From Anaerolineae bacterium (GTDB lineage: Bacteria; Chloroflexota; Anaerolineae; JACRMK01): a stretch of DNA of 64,000 bases. The notes below the pieces were generated by a model. That model made no database searches, was not told the DNA's origin, and saw only the letters and a program-made list of their open reading frames with translations. The stretch spans positions 25,649 to 89,648 of the forward strand of contig JBBPZQ010000103.1 in the NCBI GenBank assembly GCA_038198935.1. Reading direction: 5' to 3'. Each line of letters opens with the position of its first letter. The first letter of the stretch is position 1. Of the stretch, positions 9,125-17,884 are shown one piece after another. The position numbers were made by a program, and so were the translations under genes.

Positions 9125-9673
9125 TCACTTGACCACACGGAACCACAAGTCTATTCGATCCGGTGACTCAATCACTCGAATTTGTTCCAGTTGCATGTGC
9201 TCGTTGGCGCCTTGCTCAAAAAAGCGCAGACCGTCGCCGAGCAGAATGGGCACGATACCGATCCGTATTTGATCAGCCAAGCCAACGCTGATGATCTGTC
9301 GGGCAGTATTCGCGCCGCCGATCACCATCACGTCTTTATCGTCGGCGGCTGTCTTCGCCTGTTCAATCGCGCTTTCGATTCCATCGGCGACGAATGTGAT
9401 CCTCAACTTGTCGTTTTGGCCTTTCGCCACTTTGTCTGGAACGTGATGCGTCAGCACGAAGATCGGTACTTGAAATTCGTAACCCGTGAAATCGCCTTGC
9501 GCCATGTCGTAGGCGCGCCTGCCCATCACGGCTGCACCGGTCGTCCGTATTTCTTCCTGAAGCATTTCGGTTTTTCGCAATGCGTCCAAATCAGGATAGA
9601 GTCGACTGATGTCGCCGTTGCGATCGGCGCTAAACCCGTCCAGTGACATGGTCGTGCCGACTATCACTTTGCT
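9125..9673 (-). CDS. dihydrofolate reductase family protein (RibD C-terminal-like)
   Basis: Start at MSKVIVGTTMSLDGF; ...VMVIGGANTARQ...IVPILLGDG motifs. Confidence 0.75.
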   Translation of the reverse strand, partial: SKVIVGTTMSLDGFSADRNGDISRLYPDLDALRKTEMLQEEIRTTGAAVMGRRAYDMAQGDFTGYEFQVPIFVLTHHVPDKVAKGQNDKLRITFVADGIESAIEQAKTAADDKDVMVIGGANTARQIISVGLADQIRIGIVPILLGDGLRFFEQGANEHMQLEQIRVIESPDRIDLWFRVVK

Positions 9674-9727
9674 CATTCGTTCTCCGCACGCTGATTCGTA
9701 ACCATCAAACACAACAACATGTGCACG

Positions 9728-10228
9728 TCAGGATCGGCTGGACTGCGCGGATTGCGAGGGTTGATCGTGCGCTCGCTGAAGCGCCGCGATGTCGAGCTTC
9801 TTCATTTTGAGCAATGCTTGCATCACGCTCTGCGCTTTGGTTGGATCCGGGTCGGACATCAATTCGCCGATCACCGTCGGGACGATTTGCCACGAGAGCC
9901 CGTACTTATCCTTCAGCCAGCCGCATTGGCTTTCTTCGCCACCCTCGGTGAGCTTGTCCCACAACTCGTCTACCTCTGCCTGTGTCTGGCAGTTGACCAT
10001 GAGCGAGATGGCTTCCGTGAATTTGAATTCGGGACCGCCATTGAGCGCCGTGAATTCTTGCCCTTCGAGTTGGAACAGCACCGTCAGAGCCATATCTGCC
10101 GGGCGCGGTGCGCCTTCGCCGTAGCGGCTCACGTTCAAGACTTTTGAATTCTTGAAGATGGAGACATAAAAATTCGCCGCCTCTTCGGCATTGTCGTCGA
10201 ACCACAAGCATGGGGTGATCTTTTGCAT
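9728..10228 (-). CDS. VOC family protein, PhnB-like
   Basis: 166 aa; MQKITPCLWFDDNAEEAANFY...SWQIVP typical of PhnB-like proteins. Confidence 0.8.
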   Translation of the reverse strand: MQKITPCLWFDDNAEEAANFYVSIFKNSKVLNVSRYGEGAPRPADMALTVLFQLEGQEFTALNGGPEFKFTEAISLMVNCQTQAEVDELWDKLTEGGEESQCGWLKDKYGLSWQIVPTVIGELMSDPDPTKAQSVMQALLKMKKLDIAALQRAHDQPSQSAQSSRS

Positions 10229-10291
10229 CGTTTGACTCCTTGTCCTCAGGTTAAGTTCAGTTCTTTACCACGTCCTGCAAGATGACTCACG

Positions 10292-10758
10292 CTACGAGGG
10301 ACTGGCGGGCTGGCCGCCCCACGTCTCAGGCGCGACATCAATCACCGATTGGCTAAACGTCCAGCGGTGACCGCCGAGGTCTTCGACGCTGTACTGACGT
10401 TCGCCGAAAGGGTAGGTCTCGGGTGGGCGGACGATGTGCGCGCCGCAACCTTTGACATGTTCGTAATGGCGATCCACATCGGCGACGCGCACCACATCAG
10501 TGAGTGTGTCACCTCGCCGCGTCGTGGCTGTAATGTATGTCCTGCACTCTGCGCGACCACGACGAGCGACGCAGCGCCCAAGACGAGTTGCGCGCGATGA
10601 TTCGCAATGCGCAGTCGCTCGCGGAAGCCAAACGTCTGGCAGAGCCAAGTGACGGCGCTATCCATGTCGCCATAGACCAGTTCAGGAATAATCGTGCCGG
10701 GCGGCATCGAGCGGTTGACGATCATACCAGACGGCTTGAATTGAGTGTCTGCAACCAT
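10292..10758 (-). pseudogene. VOC/glyoxalase family gene disrupted by a frameshift
   Basis: The N-terminal half (MVADTQFKPSGMIVNRSMPPGTIIPELVYGDMDSAVTWLCQTFGF...) and the C-terminal half (DTLTDVVRVADVDRHYEHVKGCGAHIVRPPETYPFGERQYSVEDLGGHRWTFSQ) are in two overlapping frames (10342..10758 and 10292..10648). Confidence 0.55.
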
Positions 10759-10761
10759 ACG

Positions 10762-11022
10762 CTATCCGCCGCTCAACGCGCCGATGATGTGAATCGTGTC
10801 GCTAGGTTGCGGCGGCGCACTGAGCGCATGTGCTTGCTCGGCGTTCACGAAAATTTTGATGTGCTCACGAATCTCGTCCTGCTCGTCAATGATGCGGAAG
10901 CGCACGCCGGGAAACTGCCGATCCAAGTCGCGCGTCAGTTCGTCCAGTGTCGCGCCGTGCGCCTCGACGGTGCGCTGGTTGTGGGTGTAGCCTCGCAAGT
11001 GCGTCGAGACATGCACCTTCAT
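10762..11022 (-). CDS. MoaD/ThiS-family ubiquitin-fold protein with C-terminal Gly-Gly (second copy)
   Basis: Start MKVHV...; ends ...IIGALSGG*; 4-nt ATGA overlap with the upstream BNR gene. Confidence 0.7.
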   Translation of the reverse strand: MKVHVSTHLRGYTHNQRTVEAHGATLDELTRDLDRQFPGVRFRIIDEQDEIREHIKIFVNAEQAHALSAPPQPSDTIHIIGALSGG

Positions 11023-12182
11023 CGCGCGTGCTCCATCACTTCGACGCCGAACACTTCGGGCAAATCTTTCACGAGCAGTTGCCACGTTTCGCCTTCGTCG
11101 TCGCTGCCCCACACTTCGCCGTTGGTCGTGCCGAAATAGACGCCGACGGGATCATGGCGATCCGTCGTCAACGCTTGACGCTTGACGTTGTACCACGCCT
11201 GCTGCTTTGCGAGACCCTTGTTCTGCTTCTTCCACGTCTTGCCCGCGTTGCGCGTGACGTATGCGGATGGTCTGCCGCTGACGTTGGTGCGGGGCCAGAC
11301 GAGCGTGCCGTCCATCGGGAAGACCCACGCCACATCCGAGTCGCGCGGATGCAGCGCAATGGGGAAGCCGACGTCGCCCACTTCCTTCGGCATGTTGTCG
11401 CCGATGCGCACCCATTTGCCTTCGGCGCGATCCATGCGATAGATGCCGCAGTGATTCTGCTGATAGAGCCGATCGGGGTCGAGCGGGTGCAGTTGCAGGC
11501 AGTGAGGGTCGTGACCGTATTCGGGGTCGGGAATCGGAATGAAGTCGGCGGCACAGCCCTTGTTGAGTGGCTTCCAGTCCTCGCCGCCGTCGCTGCTCTC
11601 GAACACGCCGGCGGTCGAGATGCCGAAGTAGATGTGGTCGGGATTGCGCGGATCAATTTGGATCGAGTGCAGCGTCGCGCCGCCGGGTGGCGCATCTTGC
11701 AACGAGCCAACCCACTTCGTGCGCATTGCATGCTCGTTGAAGCCGGGCATCCCTTCCCACGTCTCGCCACCATCCATCGAGCGAAACAAGCCGGGCGGCG
11801 ACGAGCCTGCGTACCACACGCCGGGCTGCAACGCGTGACCGGGTGACAGCCAGAAGACATGGTGCACCGACTCGCCTTTTTCTCCTTCGGCTGCTTTCGG
11901 GAAGGCGGGCGGCTTGCTCGCTTCCGTCCAGGTCTCGCCCATGTCGCTCGAGCGGAACACCGTCGGTCCCAGATGGCCCGTGCGCGCCGACATCAAGATC
12001 GTGCGATGGTCGCGCGGATCGGCGACCATGTGATACGCGATGCTGCCGAGCAGGAAGGGACCCGACAACTTCCAACTCTGCCGCGAGCGATTGCCGTGCA
12101 GCATGAAGCCGCCTTTGCGTGTGGCGACAAGCAGGGTGACTGGACCGTTTGCGGGCGCGGAAGCGCCATTTTGTTTGGGCAT
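11019..12182 (-). CDS. BNR/Asp-box repeat beta-propeller protein (second copy)
   Basis: 387 aa paralog of 6279..7451 (SSDMGETW, SMDGGETW, SSDGGEDW, TRNAGKTW, SDDEGETW). Confidence 0.7.
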   Translation of the reverse strand: MPKQNGASAPANGPVTLLVATRKGGFMLHGNRSRQSWKLSGPFLLGSIAYHMVADPRDHRTILMSARTGHLGPTVFRSSDMGETWTEASKPPAFPKAAEGEKGESVHHVFWLSPGHALQPGVWYAGSSPPGLFRSMDGGETWEGMPGFNEHAMRTKWVGSLQDAPPGGATLHSIQIDPRNPDHIYFGISTAGVFESSDGGEDWKPLNKGCAADFIPIPDPEYGHDPHCLQLHPLDPDRLYQQNHCGIYRMDRAEGKWVRIGDNMPKEVGDVGFPIALHPRDSDVAWVFPMDGTLVWPRTNVSGRPSAYVTRNAGKTWKKQNKGLAKQQAWYNVKRQALTTDRHDPVGVYFGTTNGEVWGSDDEGETWQLLVKDLPEVFGVEVMEHAR

Positions 12183-12276
12183 GTATTCACCGGTCAGAGT
12201 TTCATTCGGAGCAGCGCGCAGAATCTCTTTGGGGCTGCTGTCTTAGCGCGCCGCTCAGAATGTTTGTAACGGAGAC

Positions 12277-12663
12277 TTAGCGCTGCGGCGATTGCAAGAC
12301 ATCGAACGTGTTGCCGTACAAATCCTCGAACACAAAGTCGGTGCCCCAAGGATTTTGGCGCGGCTCGTTGTGGACTTTGACGCCGCGCGACTTCAATCGT
12401 TCGTAGTCCTCTTGAATATTGTCGGAGTCGAGCACCCACGTGCCTTGCTTGCCAATCAGCGAGCGCTGCTGCTCGTCCATCGTCATGCCGAGCACGATCT
12501 CCAACTCCTTCTGCTCGGCCGGCGCGACGGTCAGCCAGCGATAATTGGGCACCGTAGTCGCGTCGTCGGTGCGGACACTGAAGCCGAGTTTGTTGACGTA
12601 GAAGTCTTTGGCTTCGTCCTGATCGTTCACCCAGATCGTAACAACGGCTAGTTTGCGAATCAT
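12277..12663 (-). CDS. VOC family protein
   Basis: 128 aa glyoxalase-like. Confidence 0.8.
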   Translation of the reverse strand: MIRKLAVVTIWVNDQDEAKDFYVNKLGFSVRTDDATTVPNYRWLTVAPAEQKELEIVLGMTMDEQQRSLIGKQGTWVLDSDNIQEDYERLKSRGVKVHNEPRQNPWGTDFVFEDLYGNTFDVLQSPQR

Positions 12664-12687
12664 GGACTACTCCTGTAGAACATAATC

Positions 12688-13131
12688 TTAGGATTGCTGC
12701 TGTGACTGCGCTGCGGCACGGCGGCGCACTTCCTCGGGCGACACATCTTCGACGTGTGTGGCGAGCCACCACTGATTGCCGAACGCGTCTTTCACGCCGG
12801 CGCTGCGGTCGCCATAGAATTGATCTTCGGGCGCGCGCAGCGAGGTAGCGCCGGCTTTCAGCGCGCGGCGATACGCCTCATCCGAGTCATTGACATACAG
12901 GTGAATCATGGCGGGCATCTGGCTGGACGCGTCCGATGCCTCCGCCAGCATCACGACCGAATCGCCTATTTTCACCTCGGCATGTGCGATGCGTCCGTTT
13001 GGATCCGTCATGCGCACCGTCTCCTGCGCGTCGAATGCATCTTGTAAAAATTGCATCAACGCTGGCGCGCGCTGAACGACGAGGTATGGCGTCACGCTGT
13101 GATACCCGTCGGGGATTGGTTTGACAGCCAT
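12688..13131 (-). CDS. VOC family protein, PhnB-like
   Basis: Start at MAVKPIPDGYHSVTPYLVV; ...GNQWWLATH motif. Confidence 0.75.
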   Translation of the reverse strand: MAVKPIPDGYHSVTPYLVVQRAPALMQFLQDAFDAQETVRMTDPNGRIAHAEVKIGDSVVMLAEASDASSQMPAMIHLYVNDSDEAYRRALKAGATSLRAPEDQFYGDRSAGVKDAFGNQWWLATHVEDVSPEEVRRRAAAQSQQQS

Positions 13132-13157
13132 CGGTGTTTCTCCTTTGCGCTTGTGGC

Positions 13158-14558
13158 TCAAGCTAGCGAGAGTGAATTCAAGAAGTCGAGCACGATGCGA
13201 TTGAACTCGTCGGGTCGTTCCATGTTGGGCAGATGTGCGGTGCCGCGCATCACTCTCGTCTGCGCGTTGGGGATTTGCTCGCCCAGCACTTTGCATGTCT
13301 GGTCAGTCTCCGTTGGGTCAAGGTCACCATAGATGATGAACGTCGGCATCCGAATCTCGTTCAAGCGGTTCACCGCTGGCGGGTCGAGCTGCTTGGGCGT
13401 CCACTCGGTCGTGTCCTCGTCCTGCATCATCGTGCGCACCTTGTCGCGCATCGCGGCGGGTACACGCTCGCGCGGTTGCAGCGGTCCATCAACCCACACC
13501 TGCATCTGCAACTCAATATATTGCGCGCTGTCTTTGTCTTTCCAGGCTTGTTGGCCGCGCGCGAACGTTTCTTTTTCCCACTGTGCTTTCGCGTCGTCCC
13601 CCATCGGGGGCCAGTAGCCGCTCAGACCCGGGGCGACGGCGATGAACGCCGCTACCATCTCCGGATGTTCGAGCGCGAAATCAATCGTCAAGCCGCCGCC
13701 CATCGAGACGCCGCACAGATACGCGCGCTCCACCTCGAGATGGTTGAGCAGGGCGAACAGGTCGTCGCGCAGGCTGTAGGTGCCGGCCTCGGTTTTGGAT
13801 TTGCCGAAGCCGCGCATGTCCCAACGGATCACGCGATAACGTTCCGCGAACTCCGCAACCTGCTCGTCCCACATGCGATGGTCGGCAATGCCTGCATGCA
13901 GCAAGACGAGTGGATGTCCTTCGCCCTGCTCCTCGTAATACAAATTACAGCCGTCCACTTTGATGAAGCCTGATGACATCGCTATCCCTCCATGCTGTCG
14001 CAAGCTGCGCGCAATCTCGTCGCGTTTGTTGCTGACGGCAGCCGTGAGCGCAGTGCGGTTCTGGTAATCGCGCGCGTTCACGTCCGCGCCGTGCACGAGC
14101 AGCCACTCGACCAACGGTGGGTGATTGAAATACACAGCGCCATGCAGCGGCGGACTAATACCGTCGCCGCCGTTCACAGGCGCGCCGTGCGCGAACAGCA
14201 GCTCGGCAATGTCCAAACGACCGCTGATGGCGGCAAAATAGAGCGCGGGCAAGCCGTGTGCGCCGCTGGCTTTTGCGAGTGAGGCATCGCCTTGCAGCAT
14301 TGCCGCGACGCGCTCATGCTCGCCGAGCATTGCGGCGGTGCAGATGTCAAGCGGCGCGCCAGCATCCAGCAAGAGTTGCACAATCTCCCGCTGGCCCGTT
14401 TGTGCTGCCGCTTGAATCGGGGTCTCTATCCAACTGGCATTCGTCGTCGCTAACACGGGGTATTGCGCCAGTAGCGTCTTGACGCGCGCGAAGTCACCAT
14501 GACAGACGCCGACGAATTCATCAATGATGTTTTGGGGGATGGCTGTGCTCGAACTCAT
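13158..14558 (-). CDS. ankyrin-repeat domain fused to an alpha/beta hydrolase domain
   Basis: 466 aa; N-terminal ankyrin repeats (TPIQAAAQTGQREIVQLLLDAGAPLD...), C-terminal hydrolase (HPLVLLHAG, GVSMGGG). Confidence 0.75.
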   Translation of the reverse strand: MSSSTAIPQNIIDEFVGVCHGDFARVKTLLAQYPVLATTNASWIETPIQAAAQTGQREIVQLLLDAGAPLDICTAAMLGEHERVAAMLQGDASLAKASGAHGLPALYFAAISGRLDIAELLFAHGAPVNGGDGISPPLHGAVYFNHPPLVEWLLVHGADVNARDYQNRTALTAAVSNKRDEIARSLRQHGGIAMSSGFIKVDGCNLYYEEQGEGHPLVLLHAGIADHRMWDEQVAEFAERYRVIRWDMRGFGKSKTEAGTYSLRDDLFALLNHLEVERAYLCGVSMGGGLTIDFALEHPEMVAAFIAVAPGLSGYWPPMGDDAKAQWEKETFARGQQAWKDKDSAQYIELQMQVWVDGPLQPRERVPAAMRDKVRTMMQDEDTTEWTPKQLDPPAVNRLNEIRMPTFIIYGDLDPTETDQTCKVLGEQIPNAQTRVMRGTAHLPNMERPDEFNRIVLDFLNSLSLA

Positions 14559-14712
14559 CGTCGTCGCTCCAAAAAAAAATCACCACAGCGATGCAGTTGC
14601 TCGTAAACCTCCCGTGCTCTCTGCGCCTCTGCGGTGAACTAGACTAACCCCATTGTATCACAACGTGCCCTCGACCGTACAAATATTCAGTTGTCACTGC
14701 ACTCTCCCGCAT

Positions 14713-14810
14713 CCCAGACCCTCTGCCGATTTATCGCTCCGAGCGGAGCGATAAATCGGCAGAGAGGTGAACTCCTCCCCTACAACGCGGGGGAGGGCTG
14801 GGGTGGGGTC
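14713..14810. repeat. intergenic nested palindromic element of the GC-rich family
   Basis: Perfect 21-bp IR CTCTGCCGATTTATCGCTCCG/CGGAGCGATAAATCGGCAGAG, then CTCCTCCCC-N8-GGGGGAGGG, flanked by CCCAGACCC...GGGGTGGGGTC. Confidence 0.65.
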
Positions 14811-14815
14811 GAAAT

Positions 14816-15085
14816 TTATTCTGCCACGCCCAACCAGAAGTGATTGGGCAGAATCGAACGCGCTTGCTTCAACATTACTTGAGGTATGTGCGCTGCCGCG
14901 ACGCTCTTGCCGCTGTTCGCTTTCAGATTGATCGTCGGCTGCGCGTCGCCGACGGTGCGCGGGTTCGCATAGCACAGGTTCGGCGGCTCGCCGTACTTCT
15001 CTTGGTAACGCTTGGCGGCGCGCTCGATCTTTTCCTCCAACGGCCGTTTCGGATCATCGTCAAACCAAAGCATCCCGATCTTCAT
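14816..15085 (-). CDS. hypothetical protein
   Basis: ORF starting MKIGMLWFDDDPKRP; no recognisable family. Confidence 0.35.
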   Translation of the reverse strand: MKIGMLWFDDDPKRPLEEKIERAAKRYQEKYGEPPNLCYANPRTVGDAQPTINLKANSGKSVAAAHIPQVMLKQARSILPNHFWLGVAE

Positions 15086-15485
15086 AGTGAAAATCCTCCT
15101 GCCCCACAATTTTAAATTCACGGGCAGGGCGCGAGTAAGTTGCCATGGGGCTCGGCGGGTTGAGGTACGCGCCCTGAACAGGCTGCTGGTACTGCGTGCT
15201 TTGCACGTACTGCGGCGCAGCGTATGGCTGCGGTTGAATGACCATGATGCGCGGCGCTTCTTCGCGCGGCGCGGGTTCGGAGCGAGTGAGGGGCTGTGCG
15301 TAGCGCGTGGTCTCGCGCGAGCGCAATGTCAGCCACAGCACGACAGCCGTCATCGGCATGGAGGCGACGACGCCGATCACAGAGCCGACGATCACCGCCA
15401 TCGCTTGGTCGCTGAGTCGCTGACCAATCAGAACGGCGAGCGTGATGCTGAACGCCAACACGCCGAAGGCAATCAATCTGTTCAT
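15060..15485 (-). CDS. hypothetical membrane protein (2 predicted TM helices, Pro/Gln-rich C-terminus)
   Basis: 141-aa ORF with hydrophobic N-terminal segments. Confidence 0.4.
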   Translation of the reverse strand: MNRLIAFGVLAFSITLAVLIGQRLSDQAMAVIVGSVIGVVASMPMTAVVLWLTLRSRETTRYAQPLTRSEPAPREEAPRIMVIQPQPYAAPQYVQSTQYQQPVQGAYLNPPSPMATYSRPAREFKIVGQEDFHYEDRDALV

Positions 15486-15510
15486 GTGTCGCTCCTGTGG
15501 AGTACGCGAT

Positions 15511-15786
15511 TTAATCGCTTTGGGTTCCGACGATAGTAGTCACCTCTTTCCAGATTCGAGTTTTAGGTATGGTTAAAGTTAGAGGTTCTGGCAAAACATT
15601 GGGCAGTGCGATGCCCAGAGCAATGGCGACGGCGCGCAGCGCATCACAGTAGCCGTCGCGATAAGTTTGTAATTCAGAAAGATCATTGGCATTGGCGGCG
15701 AGTCGCACGAGCATCGTGCCGTTCGCCTCGTTCAGCGCGAGAAGCGTGTGCTGGATGTCTTCCTTAAACCACACGTCGAGGCTCAC
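15511..15786 (-). CDS. hypothetical small protein, translationally coupled to the FtsK-like gene
   Basis: 91 aa; start overlaps the upstream gene stop (ATGA). Confidence 0.4.
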   Translation of the reverse strand: MSLDVWFKEDIQHTLLALNEANGTMLVRLAANANDLSELQTYRDGYCDALRAVAIALGIALPNVLPEPLTLTIPKTRIWKEVTTIVGTQSD

Positions 15787-16826
15787 GCAGCCATCCTCTG
15801 CAATAGCGCCGACTGTGGCATGCGCATTGCACTCAGCAACTCGTGCGTATCATCGCGCGTAGCGAACGCGGATTGGAAGCGAATCGTCTGCCCCTCGGCG
15901 ACGAGCAGAAACTCGCCGTGTCCGCCCAACTTCTCTGCGCCTGTGCCGCCGATGCCTGAGGCGGTGCGCGCGTCTTCCGGGCTTGCGACTTTGCCGATGA
16001 GGCGCGTCGGGAAGTTGCTCTTCACGATGCCGCTCATCACTTTGCTGCTCGGTTTTTGCGTCGCCGCGATGACGTGAAAGCCGGCTTCGCGTCCGCGCTG
16101 CACCAGCCGCATCAACGGCTGCTCGATTTGCTTGCCGCCGGTTTGCAGCAAGTCTGCCAACTCGTCAATCGCGATCACCACGCGTGGACGGCTCACTTGC
16201 TCCGCGTCGCGCCGCTCCATGTGCGCCACCAATTTATTCAACACTTGAATCGCATCGTTCGTCTCGCGCACGGCGGGGTAGAGCAGGTGCGGCAATTCGC
16301 TCAGGTGTTCGAAGCCGCGCCCTTTGGGGTCAATCAACACCAAGCGCAATTCGCTGGAGCGATTGAAGCGCGCGAGCGAGAGCAACATGCTGCGCACGAG
16401 CGCGGTCTTGCCCGAACCTGTCGTGCCCGCGACCAGCACATGGGCGATGGATGGACTTGACAAGCGCAGCAGCAATGGATTGCCGTTCGCATCCAAGCCG
16501 AGCACGGCCGTGGTGGCGGGTGCATTGCCCAATTGCTTGCACAACTTTGCGAGCGCAACCGGCTCGCGGTCGTCGCGCGGCAACTCGATCTGTACCATGC
16601 CGCCCTCGCGCTGGATGCGCACGTTCGACGCGCCGAGCGCGAGCGCGATCTCCTCGGTCAACGCGGCGAGCTTGTTCAACTTGATGCTGGGCGACAGATT
16701 GAGATTGAAGCGCACGACGCTTGGCGTGACCGTGCCGCCCGCGACATGCGCGGGCAGCTTGTGCTGCGCCAAGACCATTTCAATCTGGTCGGCTTGCAAG
16801 TTGAGGCGAGTGGTTCGGTTGCTCAT
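15783..16826 (-). CDS. FtsK/SpoIIIE family ATPase (motor domain only)
   Basis: 347 aa; Walker A GTTGSGKT, Walker B VVIAIDELADL, FtsK-like layout without a membrane or gamma domain. Confidence 0.75.
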   Translation of the reverse strand: MSNRTTRLNLQADQIEMVLAQHKLPAHVAGGTVTPSVVRFNLNLSPSIKLNKLAALTEEIALALGASNVRIQREGGMVQIELPRDDREPVALAKLCKQLGNAPATTAVLGLDANGNPLLLRLSSPSIAHVLVAGTTGSGKTALVRSMLLSLARFNRSSELRLVLIDPKGRGFEHLSELPHLLYPAVRETNDAIQVLNKLVAHMERRDAEQVSRPRVVIAIDELADLLQTGGKQIEQPLMRLVQRGREAGFHVIAATQKPSSKVMSGIVKSNFPTRLIGKVASPEDARTASGIGGTGAEKLGGHGEFLLVAEGQTIRFQSAFATRDDTHELLSAMRMPQSALLQRMAA

Positions 16827-16901
16827 AGAACAATTGTGCTAAACGACTATAAGCCCGTTTGGGAATGGCTGTCAAGTAAGTTGGGATAAGTTTGGGAAAA
16901 A

Positions 16902-16930
16902 GTAGAGACGACCCGACGGGTCGTCTCTAC
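16902..16930 (-). terminator. lexA terminator hairpin (GTAGAGACGACCCG/CGGGTCGTCTCTAC)
   Basis: Perfect 14-bp inverted repeat 26 nt after the lexA stop, followed on the minus strand by CTTTTTCCC. Confidence 0.65.
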
Positions 16931-16955
16931 ACGAATTCTGAATTGCGAGGGAAAC

Positions 16956-17627
16956 TTACGCGGCGAGTTGGCGGATGACGACCAGCACCTTGCCTTGAAT
17001 CTCGACGTTGCCGGGGTGAGCGAAGATCGGCTGCATCGTCGGGTTGGCGGGCTGCAAGCGGATGCGGCCCTTCTCGCGATAGAATCGCTTCAAGGTCGTC
17101 TCGCCCTTGTCCTTCAGCCACACCGCAACCATATCGCCGTTGTGCACATCGGCTTCGCGCTTCATCACCACAATGTCGCCATCGTTGATGAGCGCGTCCA
17201 CCATCGAGTTGCCTTTGACGCGCAGCGCATACAAGCCTTCTTGCTCGCGCACGATGTCGCGCGTCAGCTCGACGCTCTCCTTCGGGATGTGCGAGAACGC
17301 ATCTTCGGCGACGGGCGCAGGCTTGCTCGCCACAATCGTGCCGACGAGCGGAATGCGGAAGCGATTGTCGCGCATCAGTGCGTCAAGCACTACAGGCGCA
17401 CGCGCGCCATCACGGCCCGCAATCTTCAAGCCGCGCGAGATCGTGCGGTCGCGTTCCAGCAAGCCTTCTTTTTCCAATTTGTCGAGATTGTAGTTGACGA
17501 CGGAGGTGGAACTGATGCCGACTTCTTTCCCGATCTCGCGAATAGTCGGTGGATAGCCTTGGCGATCCGAGAAGTCACGGATGAACCTCAGCATGTGATC
17601 TTGGCGGGGGGATAGCGCCATAGCCAT
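16956..17627 (-). CDS. lexA: LexA repressor
   Basis: 223 aa; HTH N-domain, Ala-Gly cleavage region, S24 peptidase motifs (GNSM, VVMKREADVHNGDMVAV, TLKRF). Confidence 0.9.
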   Translation of the reverse strand: MAMALSPRQDHMLRFIRDFSDRQGYPPTIREIGKEVGISSTSVVNYNLDKLEKEGLLERDRTISRGLKIAGRDGARAPVVLDALMRDNRFRIPLVGTIVASKPAPVAEDAFSHIPKESVELTRDIVREQEGLYALRVKGNSMVDALINDGDIVVMKREADVHNGDMVAVWLKDKGETTLKRFYREKGRIRLQPANPTMQPIFAHPGNVEIQGKVLVVIRQLAA

Positions 17628-17686
17628 TCTCCTCTAAATAAAGAGCCTGTGTTCAGAAACTCTGTTCTATAGAGCCCATTATAAGA

Positions 17687-17698
17687 GAACACTCGTTC
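17687..17698. promoter_or_regulatory. LexA (SOS) box GAACACTCGTTC
   Basis: Perfect GAAC-N4-GTTC palindrome about 60 bp upstream of the lexA start. A second imperfect box GAAACTCTGTTC lies at 17656..17667. Confidence 0.65.
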
Positions 17699-17884
17699 TA
17701 TGTCAAGCAGAATGTTTGTGCTAATGCGGCGGACGCTGCGTGTGCGTCGGGACAGCCTACAGATGCGGCTACGGTGATGCTAGGCGACAATTTGTGTGGT
17801 CGACCCGTTTGACACGGTTGCTACACTGAATGAGTAGATTGAGCCTTGTGCTGTCCGTTTCGGTTTGCCGCAAGGAGATGCGCA

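Noticed and set aside
13233-13973. 246-aa plus-strand ORF
   Set aside because: Antisense to the ankyrin/hydrolase fusion gene.
17651-17667. GTTCAGAAACTCTGTTC as a second perfect LexA box
   Set aside because: Only GAAACTCTGTTC with one mismatch to GAAC-N4-GTTC; kept as an imperfect companion site, not as an independent feature.
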